This document shows, piece after piece, positions 17,349-27,518 of a stretch of DNA of 64,000 bases. The stretch's first letter is position 1; the number at the start of each line of letters is the position of its first letter. This DNA comes from Smithellaceae bacterium. GTDB lineage: Bacteria; Desulfobacterota; Syntrophia; Syntrophales; Smithellaceae. The DNA lies in the NCBI GenBank assembly GCA_963682015.1, contig OY820932.1, positions 1,050,618-1,114,617 on the forward strand, given 5' to 3'. Made by a program: the position numbers and the translations under genes. The notes under the pieces are model-generated. The model saw nothing but the letters and a program-made list of their open reading frames with translations, searched no databases and was not told the DNA's origin.

Positions 17349-20300
17349 TCAACGTGCGGATGGTAGAATCACTTCGATGAGATGTTCCCGCCGGTCATCC
17401 GCAAGGGCTGCTTCCTGATCCGGCAGAACCGTTCCGTCCAGTTTCACAATTGGCGCGTCACCCTCGCCCTGAAGAATATCAATGCGGTAAAGCGTCTCCC
17501 CGTAACGGAAGGATATTTGCACCTCTTTCCAGTCGGAAGGAAGTCGGGGCAAAAACCTGAGCGTGCCCTTTTGCAGAACAAGCCCCATCAATGACTCGAC
17601 GATCAGCCGGTACATCCAGGCCGCGGAGCCGGAAAGCCACGTCCAGCCGCCGCGTCCGACATGCGGCACCGCGGCATAGACATCGGATGCCACAACATAC
17701 GGCTCCACTTTATAAATGGCTGCCTCTTCCGGTGAGCTCGCATGGGAAATCGGATTGATCAACTTCAGGAGCTCCCATGCCCGGGAGGCGTCGCCAAGAG
17801 CGGCAAACGCCATGGACGCCCAGATGGCCGCGTGCGTATACTGTCCACCGTTTTCCCTCACGCCCGGCACATACCCTTTGATATAACCCGGTTCCGCCGG
17901 GGATTGATCAAAAGGCGGGTCCAGCAGTTGAACCAGCCGTTTGTCTCTACGAACCAGCATGCGGTCGACGGCTTCCATGGCCTGCCGGGCTCTTTCCTTC
18001 CCGCCGGCCCCGGACAGGACGGACCAGCTCTGGGCGATGGAATCAATCCGGCATTCGCTGTTGCCGCACGACCCCAGCACGGAACCGTCGTCGCAATAGG
18101 CCCGGCGATACCATTCGCCGTCCCAGCCGCTTTGCTCAATGTTGCCCTGGATTCGCGCCGCTTCTTTCTCGCACAGATCGGCAAAGGAAAGGTCGTTGCG
18201 CAGCCGGGCAAGCGCGGCAAACCGGGCCAGCACGTCATACAGGAAGAATCCCAGCCAGACGCTTTCCCCGCGACCCTCGGCCCCGACCTTATTCATGCCG
18301 TCATTCCAGTCGCCCGAACCAATCAAAGGCAGTCCGTGGTTTCCGAGACGCAGACCCCTGCGGATCGCCCGGACGCAATGGTCGTATAAACTGCTTTTTT
18401 CATCCGCCTCGCCCGGCAGATCGTAATAGGAATCCTCTTCCGGCCGCACCGGCCTGCCTTCCAGAAAACCCGCCCGCTCATCCAGAACACCCGCGTCGCC
18501 CGTTACCTGGATATAGCGGCTGACGGCCAGTGGCAGCCACAGGTAATCGTCCGAACATTGCGTGCGCACGCCCCGGCCAGTCGGCGGATGCCACCAGTGC
18601 TGAACGTCCCCCTCCGGAAACTGGCGGCCGGCACACACAAGCAGATGCCGGCGCACCAGGGCCGGCTCGGCGTAAACCAGCGCCAGGACATCCTGCAACT
18701 GATCGCGGAAGCCAAAGGCGCCACCGGACTGGTAATACCCGTTGCGCGCCCAGACCCGGCAGGACAGCGTCTGATACAGAAGCCAGCCGTTGGCCAGGAT
18801 GTTGAACGCCGGATCGGGCGTCCGGACCTGCACGGCGCCCAGAATCTTTTTCCAGAAGCGCCGCACGGCCTCCAGTTCCTGAGCCGCCACCTTTTCACCA
18901 CGGTAGCCGCGTACCATTTTGCCGGCGTCGTCGGTTCCCCGCCGACCGGTGACACCCATGCGGAAAATCACTTCCTGGGTCTGTCCTCCGGCCAGTCCCA
19001 GCGTCACCTGGATGGCACCGCAGGAATCGAGGCCCGCGCCGACCTTCCCCGACAGATACGCCCGCGTCATGGCCGCAGGCAAGGCCAATTCGCCGTTGCG
19101 GCCGATGAATTCGCACCGGTCTCCCGTCAGCGTTCGGGATGGATCATCCACGTCAAAGAAAGCGATCCGGTCGGCAAAGTCCATATTGTAGGGATTCCGG
19201 ATCAGAAGAGCGCCGGTTTCCGCGTCGACTTCCGTGGTAATGTGCATGTTCGTTTTGGTCCGCAGATCCCCCAGAACCCATTCCAGATAACCGGTCACGG
19301 AAAGGGTTCGATGCCGTTCGGACTGATTGGACAGTTTCAAGACCATGAATTTGACGGGCGCGCTTGCGGATACATACACCCACAGCTCGGAATGGATTTC
19401 ATCCTCCAGATGTTCAAAAACACTGTATCCGAATCCGTGGCGGCAGATGTAAGGAGCCGATCCCGGGCAGGGCAGCGGCGCGGGAGACCAGACCAGTCCC
19501 GTTTCTTCATCACGGATATAAAAGGCCTCGCCGCTGGGATCACTGACCGGATCGTTATACCAGGGCGTGAGGCGGTATTCGTGGGCGTTCTCGCACCAGG
19601 TGCAGGCCGAGCCGCTCTCCGAAACGATGGTTCCGAAAACGGGATTGGCAATCACGTTGATCCAGGGCAGCGGTGTTTTCTTTTCCGCGTCCATGGTGAT
19701 CACATATTCCCGGCCGTCGGGCGTAAATCCCCCGAAGCCGTTGTTAAAAACCAGTTCCGCAACCGGTAGCAGCGCCGTGCCGCCTTTGCGTTTTGCGGAA
19801 GGCGGCCGGAGCGCTTTAAAGGGCGGCACGGTCATTTCCTTTTCCTTGCGCCGGTCCAGCTGCTCTTCAATCGTTCCCAGATCGTCCCGGATGATGACAC
19901 GGGCCACCGTCTGGAAAAGAATCCGGTCTTCGGCGGAAATCTGATCGCCCGGTCTCACGAAAATGCCGCCGGGCCGGTCCAGCATCCGCGTTTCCATGCC
20001 GGTGGCGATCAACCCCACAATCTGGTCATGCAGCGTCTGCCGGTAGATGGCGTTGTCTTCGTTCCAGATGACCAGGTCGACGGCCAGCCCCTTCATACGC
20101 CAGTAGGCATGGGCCTGCTGGAGTTTACGGACCAGATCAATATTGTTGTGATCGCCGATCTGCAGAAGCACAATGGGCAGGTCTCCGGAGATGGCGTACC
20201 CCCACAAGCCGGACTGGCCGCGGCGGTTCTTCATCAGTATTTTCGCATCGGCCCGCAGGGAGGCGTTGGCATAAACCATACAGCCTGTCAGACGCCCATA

Positions 20301-23300
20301 CAGCTGGGCGTCTTCCGGCGTCGCGTTGATCTGGCGGAGCGTCACCTGGCTGTGCGTCCAGGCCAGGTTGAAGACACGGTCCGCCAGGCGCTGATCCGAG
20401 TATTTCTCCGCAAGTTCCAGCGCCTTCCCGCGGGTTCGGGCAATGCCGGTCACGATGTCCAGCGTCACCGCTTCCCCGGCGGCCAGCCGGAGCGGCCGCC
20501 GGATCGACATGATCGGATCCAGAACGGAACCTTCCGTATCGGACAGGGGCTCCGGACCGTGCGCAAACTTGTTCATTGCCGCGGGACACGACAGCGTATT
20601 GCCCCGGCCGATAAATTTCAGCCGGTCCGTTTCATAGGAAACATCCTGGCTGTCCGACCCATGGAGCGCCATGTGATGAAACACAAAGAAGGTCGGCTCT
20701 TCCCTGGAACGCGGCCGGCGCGTGCAGAGAATGGTCCGCTTCTCGCGGATAATTTCCGTCTGCACGAAAAGGTTGCCGAAGGCCGGGTGAATTTCATCGG
20801 CCGCGGGCTGGGCGATGACCACTTCCGCATAGCTGGTCACATCCAGCTCGCGGCGCTTGCGGGAACGATTGGTGATGCGCAGGCGGCGGATCTCGATATC
20901 ATCCTCCGGCGACACCGCAATGTGAGTGTGCGTATTGATTTCGTCATCGCGCCTTCGAAACTCGACCTTCCAGTCGGAGAAAACAGCTTCATAGCGATCC
21001 GGTTTCTTGAACGTCGGCTGAAAAGCAGCGGACCAGAATTCTCCAGTGGCCGCGTCGCGAATATAGCAGAACTGGCCCCATGGATCGCGGGTTACATCTT
21101 CACGCCAGCGCGTCACGGCCAGGTCCTTCCAGCGGCTGTACCCGGAACCGGCCTGAGTGAGCATGACCGAGTAACGGCCGTTGGAGAGGAGCTGCACTTC
21201 CGGCGTCGGCGTGTCGGGTATTTTAAAGATGCGCGACGGAATTTTCTGGGCGCCCGCCGCCTTGCGGATCACCAGGTCTTCGGCGGCCTGCCGGTAGATG
21301 GAAACGGCTTTGGGAATGCGTTCCTGCAGCAAAAGCATCGCCGACTGGAACATCGGCTCGGAGGCAAAGCGCTTCTGCATGGGCTGGTCCAGAAGCAGCC
21401 GGGCCATCGCCAGAAAACTCATCCCCTGATGATGCGCCATGAAAGACCGGACAGGCGCGCCTTCGCCGGTCTGCGGAACACGCGACGCCGTGTAATCCAG
21501 GGCTTCGTAAAAGCCGTAGGAACCCAGCATGCCTTTTTGAGCGAGTCTGCGGAGGTTTGCCGAGGCCTCCAGAGGCGCGATCATGAGAGCCAGCGCGGAT
21601 GCATAAGGAGCAATCACCAGATCATCGGAAAGACCGCGCTTCAGGCCCAGCCCGGGAACACCGAAGGCCCGGTACTGGTAATTGAGATGAACATCGGTGA
21701 CGCTGTAGCCGGATTCCGAAACGCCCCAGGGGATGCCCCTGTTTTGTCCATACGAGATTTGCCTTCTAACCGCCGCCTTGCAGGTCTGGTCCAGAAGCGT
21801 GTTTTCAAAATTGGGCATGACCAGAAGCGGCATCAGGTATTCAAACATGGAGCCGTCCCACGCCAGGAGCACCGGCTCTCCTTCCGGATTGCCCAGCATC
21901 CTCCCCAGGGCAAACCAGTTTTCCTTCGGCAGCTGCCCCTGGGCAATCGCGACAAAGCTGCAGAAGCGCGCTTCCGACGCAAGAAGATCATAGAAGCTCC
22001 CGTCCCGCCGGCGCTCGCCGACGCTGTAGCCAATCGTCAAAAGCTTTCGGCCCTTGTCGTACAGGAAGCTGTAATCCATATCGGCAAATTCTCCCGACTT
22101 TTTTGCCAGACAGGAAATGACGGACAGCCTCTGGCGCGCCTGATTGCTTCCTTCCGCGGCCAGCCGGAAGAACGCATCCGCCCAGGCCCGTTCCCTGTCG
22201 TCGGCATCCGCCCCGGTCATCTGAGTGAAGAGGACGGATCGCGCCAGGGGCAGATCCGCTGTTTCCTGCAGCGTCGGAATGCCGATTTCATCAAGGATGC
22301 GCTCTGTCTTATCCGACACGGGCGCAAGCTTCACCCAGGGGCAAAGCGTCGCGAGCTCATCCGTCGCGGACCGGCACTGATGCTCCAAAGACCGGGCCCA
22401 GCCGAAAGCCGGATGCCCGGCATCCTCTTCCAGAACCAGCGCAAGGCTGCCGGCTTTGCCCGCCAGCAAATCCAGCCTCCGATGCCATTCCCGGGCGGAC
22501 CGGCTTTCCTGATCCGCGAAGGCATTCAAAAGTTTTTTGAACTCGATGAGCTCATTTAATTTCTTTTTTTCCGCAATGTCACCCAGCACGCCGCATGTGT
22601 CGGCTATGCCTTCCAACAGACGATCCCCCGTTATTTTACGATCGGGAAGCCCGACAAGTCCTCTTCTCAGCGTCAGGAGATAGCCGCAGAGGTTTCCGCT
22701 GTCCACGCTGGATATGTAGTGCGGATGGAGGGTTTTTAAAGTTTCCGTATCATACCAGTTGTAAAAGTGGCCCCGGAAGCGCTCCATTTTCCCCAGAGCG
22801 TCAAATGTGTTTGCCGTACGCCTCATCAGTTCACCCGGCGTAATATAATCGAAATCGCAGGCAGCCAGATTCGCCAGGAGAGACAGCCCGATATTCGTTG
22901 GCGACGTACGGTGCGCGACCACCGGACCGGGATTTTCCTGATAGTTGTCCGGCGGAAGCCAGTGATCGCCGGAGCCGACAAACGTTTCGAAGAACGCCCA
23001 GGTTCTGCGGGCCGCTTTTCTTAAAAAAACGGCTTCTTCGTTTTGCATGGAAATTGTTTCTCCGGCGGCCGGGCGGCTGAGCCACCACATCAGGCCGGGA
23101 GATAAAAACCAGAGAACCAGAACGGGCAGCGCCAGGCAGATGGTCAGCCCGTTCCCGAACCACAGCAGGCATCCCCCCGCCACGGCGGCAAGCACCGGTC
23201 CGATCCACATGGATCGGATATACTCGGCCATACTGTCGGCATTGCGGTGAACCCTGTTGCTGAAAGGTTTCCATTGCAGCAGTCTTTTGCGTGAAATCAG

Positions 23301-26078
23301 CATCCGCCAGAGAGTGCGCCAGACGGCATCCAGCGAATAAAGCGCTTCATACGGCAGACAGACGATCGTCGACAGGATCTGCCATCCATGCCTGGCGGCC
23401 TGGCGCGCCATGTAGTTCAGGTGATCGCGCCAGAAGATATCGCCCGGTTTGCGAAACCCTTCCAGAAGGATGGAGCATACGGATGGAATAATCAGGATGC
23501 CCGCCACCAGAAGCGTCAGCGGCCAGGCCTTCTCCCCCGAAAACCAGCCGGCGACCAGCATCAGGGTCAGCGCGGCGGGAACCAGGCTCCGGCGGAGATT
23601 GTCCAGAATTTTCCACTGGGAAAGCATCGACACGGCATTTTTCCGTTTCGTCCCGCCGAATGCCGAAACGGTGGACCGAAGCCAGCCGATAATTTGCCAG
23701 TCGCCACGTATCCAGCGATGCCGCCGGCTGACATCCACCCGGTAACCGGCCGGATACTCCTCATACAATTCCACGTCGGCAATGAAACCGCTGCGCGCAT
23801 GACATCCTTCAATCAGATCATGGCTTAAAATCCGGTTTTCGGGAAAACGTCCGGCGAGCGCCTTTTCAAAAGCATCCACATCGTAGATGCCCTTGCCCAC
23901 ATAGGACCCTTCGCCGAACACGTCCTGGTAGATATCGGATACCATGCGCGTGTAAGGATCAATGCCGGTCTGGCCTCCCCACAGGCGGGAATATCTTGTC
24001 TGGCCGGATCCGGACAGGCTTTCCGTCAGGCGCGGCTGCAGAATTCCGTAGCCCGCGCAGACGATGTTTCCGGCTTCGTCAAATCGCGGACGGTTGAGCG
24101 GATGCGCCATGGTTCCGATAAACTTTTCCGCGGCGTCCCGCGGCATCTGGGTGTCCGTATCCAGGGTAATGACGTATTTCACGTTGACCAGAAGCTCCGG
24201 AGCGCCGACAATCCTGGAAAAGCGGTCTTTCGCGCCGCCGCGCAGGAGAGCATTTAAATCGGCCAGTTTGCCCCGCTTGCGTTCGTACCCCATCCAGACG
24301 CCTTCTTCCGGGTTCCACAGCCGCGGGCGATGAAAAAGAAAGAATGTTCCCCCCTTGACACCCCGGTACTTATCGTGCAGCTGCCGAATCCCCCGCTCGG
24401 CCGTGAGTACAAGTTCATCGTCTTCCGGCATTTTTTCACAGGGCGCATCGCAAAAATCGGTCAGCAGTCCGAAGTGCAGATTGTTTTTCCGGTTTGTCAG
24501 AAAACGGATTTCCAGCGACTCAATCAATTCCTCTACGCCCCGAACACTGTCCAGCATCGTGGGAATGGCCACCAGCGTGGCGGCCTCCGGCGGAATGTCC
24601 ACAAAGAAGTCCATGCGCGGCAAAGGCCGGGGATGGGCGATCAATGTGGCGATCCAGTTGGTCAGGGCCACCGCCAGGGCGCTGACGCCCAGACTCACGA
24701 CAAGAGCGGCCCCAGGCAGCACCGGACTGTTCCAGTCCAGAGCAAAAATTTTCCCCAGCAGGCTTCCCGTGACGGCAACGGTGATCAGCAGAATGCTTCC
24801 CAGATAAATCAGCAGGGGAAAGCGGCAGACCAGCCTTCTGGCCGACTCGAACGGTGGCAGGCGCATGCGGACTTTTTTTTCGAGTTCGGGCAATCCCCTG
24901 TCGATCAGGTAGTAACCGATATGCGCCGTCCGTTCGTCGGCATTTTTGCCGGCGAGGGCATCCCGGGCCAGATCAACGGCAGTCCTCGCGACATCCCGTT
25001 CAAAGACGGGGCTGTGCTTGGCGATCTTCTCCACGACATGCCGATAATGGTCGCGCGTGTCAAAATCCATACGGATGTAAACATCGGCGGGATCTTCCCG
25101 CAGCACTTTCTCCACCACGCTCATGGTCTCGACAAACTCGTGCCAGTCCATCGTCGTCAGGAACCGGAGCGAACCGATAGTGTTGCTGACCGATACCTGA
25201 TCGGAGGCCAGTTGCTGATTCTCCGTCTGGATGATCTGTTCGATCGTCAGACGCGTCTCCGAAAGGCGCTGTTCGATCCAAGTAAGCGGCAGGGAAAGAG
25301 ACGGACTTTTGCCGTGCAGGCGGCGGGTGAACTCCGCCACGAAAGAACCGGTAAGCGGCGGATCGGACCTGGCCATATCAGCAATCACCAGAACCAGGTT
25401 TTTGGGATCGCGCCTGGCCGTGTCCAGCATCCTTTCCGCCCAGTCGGCCGCGCGTGAACGGTCGGCGATGTCCGCGATGATGCGCGTTCCCGCGCGCCGG
25501 AGATTTTCGATCAGCGCCAGCCGAAGCATGATCGGGATCGCCCACAATTCGCCGAGCGTGAGAAAAGAAACCGACTGGTAAGCGGTGAGAAAACTCACGA
25601 GGTTTTCCAGATCCACGCGGCCGTCGCCGTGGGCAATGACCTCCTGGGCGATATCATATACCCGCGGCTTGCCCGCGGAAGGCCCGGTGGTCATCCACGG
25701 CAGACCCCGGCTGAATCCACGGGAAAAATGACGCTTCGCCGTGCGGATGTTTTCCTCGATCAGATAGAAATTATCCAGCAGCCATTCCTCCGCCGGCGCT
25801 ACGGGATTGTTCGCCCGGACCACGACGGTCAGGCGGCGGACGGTTTCGGCGAGGACGATTTCATTTTCCCGCAGACGCTCCAGAAGGATCTCCGTGGCTT
25901 TCTTTCCGCTGGTCAACCGATGCAGCCAGGCCAGATTTTTGCCGTGCTGTTTCATTTGTTCCGAACTGAGCAGTTCCGATCGAAGCGGTTGCTCCACACG
26001 GGTATATCTTTTCCGGAAGCGTTTGTCCCACGGACGCTTCTTGAAAATGCCGGTAACTGTGCCGTAAATCAGATTCAC
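17349..26078 (-). CDS. cgs: cyclic beta-1,2-glucan synthase (NdvB/ChvB/Cgs type)
   Basis: The single ORF is 2909 aa. A GT domain sits at aa ~495-800, with ITLDTDTQ (DxD, nt 24150..24164) and RHRWIRGDWQ, flanked by TM segments. A central glucoamylase-like region spans aa ~1020-1600 and a C-terminal GH94 phosphorylase-like region spans aa ~2105-2909. The size matches known Cgs proteins. The GTG start at 26078 follows a GGGGAG RBS. Confidence 0.85.
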   Translation of the reverse strand: MNLIYGTVTGIFKKRPWDKRFRKRYTRVEQPLRSELLSSEQMKQHGKNLAWLHRLTSGKKATEILLERLRENEIVLAETVRRLTVVVRANNPVAPAEEWLLDNFYLIEENIRTAKRHFSRGFSRGLPWMTTGPSAGKPRVYDIAQEVIAHGDGRVDLENLVSFLTAYQSVSFLTLGELWAIPIMLRLALIENLRRAGTRIIADIADRSRAADWAERMLDTARRDPKNLVLVIADMARSDPPLTGSFVAEFTRRLHGKSPSLSLPLTWIEQRLSETRLTIEQIIQTENQQLASDQVSVSNTIGSLRFLTTMDWHEFVETMSVVEKVLREDPADVYIRMDFDTRDHYRHVVEKIAKHSPVFERDVARTAVDLARDALAGKNADERTAHIGYYLIDRGLPELEKKVRMRLPPFESARRLVCRFPLLIYLGSILLITVAVTGSLLGKIFALDWNSPVLPGAALVVSLGVSALAVALTNWIATLIAHPRPLPRMDFFVDIPPEAATLVAIPTMLDSVRGVEELIESLEIRFLTNRKNNLHFGLLTDFCDAPCEKMPEDDELVLTAERGIRQLHDKYRGVKGGTFFLFHRPRLWNPEEGVWMGYERKRGKLADLNALLRGGAKDRFSRIVGAPELLVNVKYVITLDTDTQMPRDAAEKFIGTMAHPLNRPRFDEAGNIVCAGYGILQPRLTESLSGSGQTRYSRLWGGQTGIDPYTRMVSDIYQDVFGEGSYVGKGIYDVDAFEKALAGRFPENRILSHDLIEGCHARSGFIADVELYEEYPAGYRVDVSRRHRWIRGDWQIIGWLRSTVSAFGGTKRKNAVSMLSQWKILDNLRRSLVPAALTLMLVAGWFSGEKAWPLTLLVAGILIIPSVCSILLEGFRKPGDIFWRDHLNYMARQAARHGWQILSTIVCLPYEALYSLDAVWRTLWRMLISRKRLLQWKPFSNRVHRNADSMAEYIRSMWIGPVLAAVAGGCLLWFGNGLTICLALPVLVLWFLSPGLMWWLSRPAAGETISMQNEEAVFLRKAARRTWAFFETFVGSGDHWLPPDNYQENPGPVVAHRTSPTNIGLSLLANLAACDFDYITPGELMRRTANTFDALGKMERFRGHFYNWYDTETLKTLHPHYISSVDSGNLCGYLLTLRRGLVGLPDRKITGDRLLEGIADTCGVLGDIAEKKKLNELIEFKKLLNAFADQESRSAREWHRRLDLLAGKAGSLALVLEEDAGHPAFGWARSLEHQCRSATDELATLCPWVKLAPVSDKTERILDEIGIPTLQETADLPLARSVLFTQMTGADADDRERAWADAFFRLAAEGSNQARQRLSVISCLAKKSGEFADMDYSFLYDKGRKLLTIGYSVGERRRDGSFYDLLASEARFCSFVAIAQGQLPKENWFALGRMLGNPEGEPVLLAWDGSMFEYLMPLLVMPNFENTLLDQTCKAAVRRQISYGQNRGIPWGVSESGYSVTDVHLNYQYRAFGVPGLGLKRGLSDDLVIAPYASALALMIAPLEASANLRRLAQKGMLGSYGFYEALDYTASRVPQTGEGAPVRSFMAHHQGMSFLAMARLLLDQPMQKRFASEPMFQSAMLLLQERIPKAVSIYRQAAEDLVIRKAAGAQKIPSRIFKIPDTPTPEVQLLSNGRYSVMLTQAGSGYSRWKDLAVTRWREDVTRDPWGQFCYIRDAATGEFWSAAFQPTFKKPDRYEAVFSDWKVEFRRRDDEINTHTHIAVSPEDDIEIRRLRITNRSRKRRELDVTSYAEVVIAQPAADEIHPAFGNLFVQTEIIREKRTILCTRRPRSREEPTFFVFHHMALHGSDSQDVSYETDRLKFIGRGNTLSCPAAMNKFAHGPEPLSDTEGSVLDPIMSIRRPLRLAAGEAVTLDIVTGIARTRGKALELAEKYSDQRLADRVFNLAWTHSQVTLRQINATPEDAQLYGRLTGCMVYANASLRADAKILMKNRRGQSGLWGYAISGDLPIVLLQIGDHNNIDLVRKLQQAHAYWRMKGLAVDLVIWNEDNAIYRQTLHDQIVGLIATGMETRMLDRPGGIFVRPGDQISAEDRILFQTVARVIIRDDLGTIEEQLDRRKEKEMTVPPFKALRPPSAKRKGGTALLPVAELVFNNGFGGFTPDGREYVITMDAEKKTPLPWINVIANPVFGTIVSESGSACTWCENAHEYRLTPWYNDPVSDPSGEAFYIRDEETGLVWSPAPLPCPGSAPYICRHGFGYSVFEHLEDEIHSELWVYVSASAPVKFMVLKLSNQSERHRTLSVTGYLEWVLGDLRTKTNMHITTEVDAETGALLIRNPYNMDFADRIAFFDVDDPSRTLTGDRCEFIGRNGELALPAAMTRAYLSGKVGAGLDSCGAIQVTLGLAGGQTQEVIFRMGVTGRRGTDDAGKMVRGYRGEKVAAQELEAVRRFWKKILGAVQVRTPDPAFNILANGWLLYQTLSCRVWARNGYYQSGGAFGFRDQLQDVLALVYAEPALVRRHLLVCAGRQFPEGDVQHWWHPPTGRGVRTQCSDDYLWLPLAVSRYIQVTGDAGVLDERAGFLEGRPVRPEEDSYYDLPGEADEKSSLYDHCVRAIRRGLRLGNHGLPLIGSGDWNDGMNKVGAEGRGESVWLGFFLYDVLARFAALARLRNDLSFADLCEKEAARIQGNIEQSGWDGEWYRRAYCDDGSVLGSCGNSECRIDSIAQSWSVLSGAGGKERARQAMEAVDRMLVRRDKRLVQLLDPPFDQSPAEPGYIKGYVPGVRENGGQYTHAAIWASMAFAALGDASRAWELLKLINPISHASSPEEAAIYKVEPYVVASDVYAAVPHVGRGGWTWLSGSAAWMYRLIVESLMGLVLQKGTLRFLPRLPSDWKEVQISFRYGETLYRIDILQGEGDAPIVKLDGTVLPDQEAALADDRREHLIEVILPSAR

Positions 26079-26101
26079 TTTCGATCTCCCCGCCGTAACG
26101 C

Positions 26102-27199
26102 TCAGAGAATGGACCGCTTGCCGTTATAGCGTTCGATATCGTAATACTTCTCCACATCGATCAGATTCAGGCGGTCGGTGACTTCCTTGAGCGGCACCGA
26201 CGTGATCTCTCCGTGACGATAACTCACCATCCTCCCGAAATCCTCGTTGACGATCATGTCCACGGCGGCTATCCCGAACCAGCGGGCCATCAGGCGGTCG
26301 CGGGCCGACGGCGATCCCCCGCGCTGCAGATGACTTAAAATCACGTAACGGGTTTCCAGTCCCGTCTTTCCCTCGATTTCCCGGGCGATGTGCGGCGCAA
26401 TGCCGCCCAGCGACCGGTGCCCGAATTCATCCACCTTATGGTCCTTGAAGTATTCCTTGTGCGTGGCGGTCAATGCTCCTTCGGAAACAACAATGATGCT
26501 GTACTGAACCTCCCGGCCGCGGCGCTCTTCGAGAAGCGAGCAGACCTTATCCATGTCGAACGGAACTTCGGGAATCAAAATAATGTATGCACCGCTGCAT
26601 TCACCGCCGTGCAGCGCCAGCCAGCCCGCGTGCCGGCCCATTGTCTCCACGACAAAAATCCGGTTGTGCGACCCAGCGGTCGTCCGCAGGCGGTCGATTT
26701 CCTCCATGATGATATTGACTGCCGAATCAAAGCCCAGCGAATAGTCGGTTCCTACCAGATCACCGTCAATGGTCTTGGGAATGCCAACCGTCCTGACGCC
26801 CAGCCGGTAGAGCTTGGCGGCCACGCCCAGTGTATCCTCGCCGCCGATGGCCACAACCACGTCGATGCCTAGCCGGGCGATATTCTCGAGCACCTTCGCG
26901 GAGGAGTCCTTTTTCGGATTAAACGGATTGGTCCGGGACGTGCCGAGATTCGTTCCTCCATAACGGTCCCATGTACGCACAGCCTCCTCATCCAGCTTTC
27001 GCGTATGATGGACCATGCTTTCGGGATTGTCCGGATCAACTTCCACCAGTCCCTTCCATCCGTCCCGGATACCCAGAACGTCGAATCGGACGGAACGTTT
27101 TGCCTCGAGTCGGGGATCGAGGGCTGTTTTGGTTACCCACTTGATCGCGCCGTTGAGACCCGGACAATCGCCTCCGCCTGTTAGAACAGCAATTCTCAT
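26102..27199 (-). CDS. pfk: 6-phosphofructokinase (ATP- or PPi-dependent)
   Basis: MRIAVLTGGGDCPGLNGAI, IGGEDTLGVA, IPKTIDGDL and ETMGRHAGW are PFK motifs. The stop is only 23 nt before the cgs start. Confidence 0.85.
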   Translation of the reverse strand: MRIAVLTGGGDCPGLNGAIKWVTKTALDPRLEAKRSVRFDVLGIRDGWKGLVEVDPDNPESMVHHTRKLDEEAVRTWDRYGGTNLGTSRTNPFNPKKDSSAKVLENIARLGIDVVVAIGGEDTLGVAAKLYRLGVRTVGIPKTIDGDLVGTDYSLGFDSAVNIIMEEIDRLRTTAGSHNRIFVVETMGRHAGWLALHGGECSGAYIILIPEVPFDMDKVCSLLEERRGREVQYSIIVVSEGALTATHKEYFKDHKVDEFGHRSLGGIAPHIAREIEGKTGLETRYVILSHLQRGGSPSARDRLMARWFGIAAVDMIVNEDFGRMVSYRHGEITSVPLKEVTDRLNLIDVEKYYDIERYNGKRSIL

Positions 27200-27518
27200 G
27201 GCTATTTTCCCCAAAGTTGTTTTGTGTTTTTTAGTTAAAATAATGAGACAACGAAACTTTGTTTCCTGAACAATCTGAATCTTGCAGCAGATCGTGGAGA
27301 AGAGAAGCAGGCGGACTTTCCGGAAGCCCCAACGGGCAAACCGCCAGAAGACCAGCGCGGATGAAGATTTGTGGATATATTACCAATTTTTTTGACTTTT
27401 TTCAACCCCTTCCGTTCATTTTGTCTGACTGGATCACCTGACAGGAAACCCCTTTACAAAACTTGACCCTTCTACCTTTCAGTGATATTGCAGCCTGAAC
27501 TTTGTTGCGGAGATTATC

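Noticed and set aside
20028-22559. An 843-aa ORF on the plus strand, together with the 18558..19769 and 24330..25457 ORFs.
   Set aside because: All lie entirely antisense to the strongly supported 2909-aa cgs gene. They have Arg/Gly/Pro-rich low-complexity translations and no motifs or RBS. This is the typical antisense open-frame artefact of GC-rich coding DNA.
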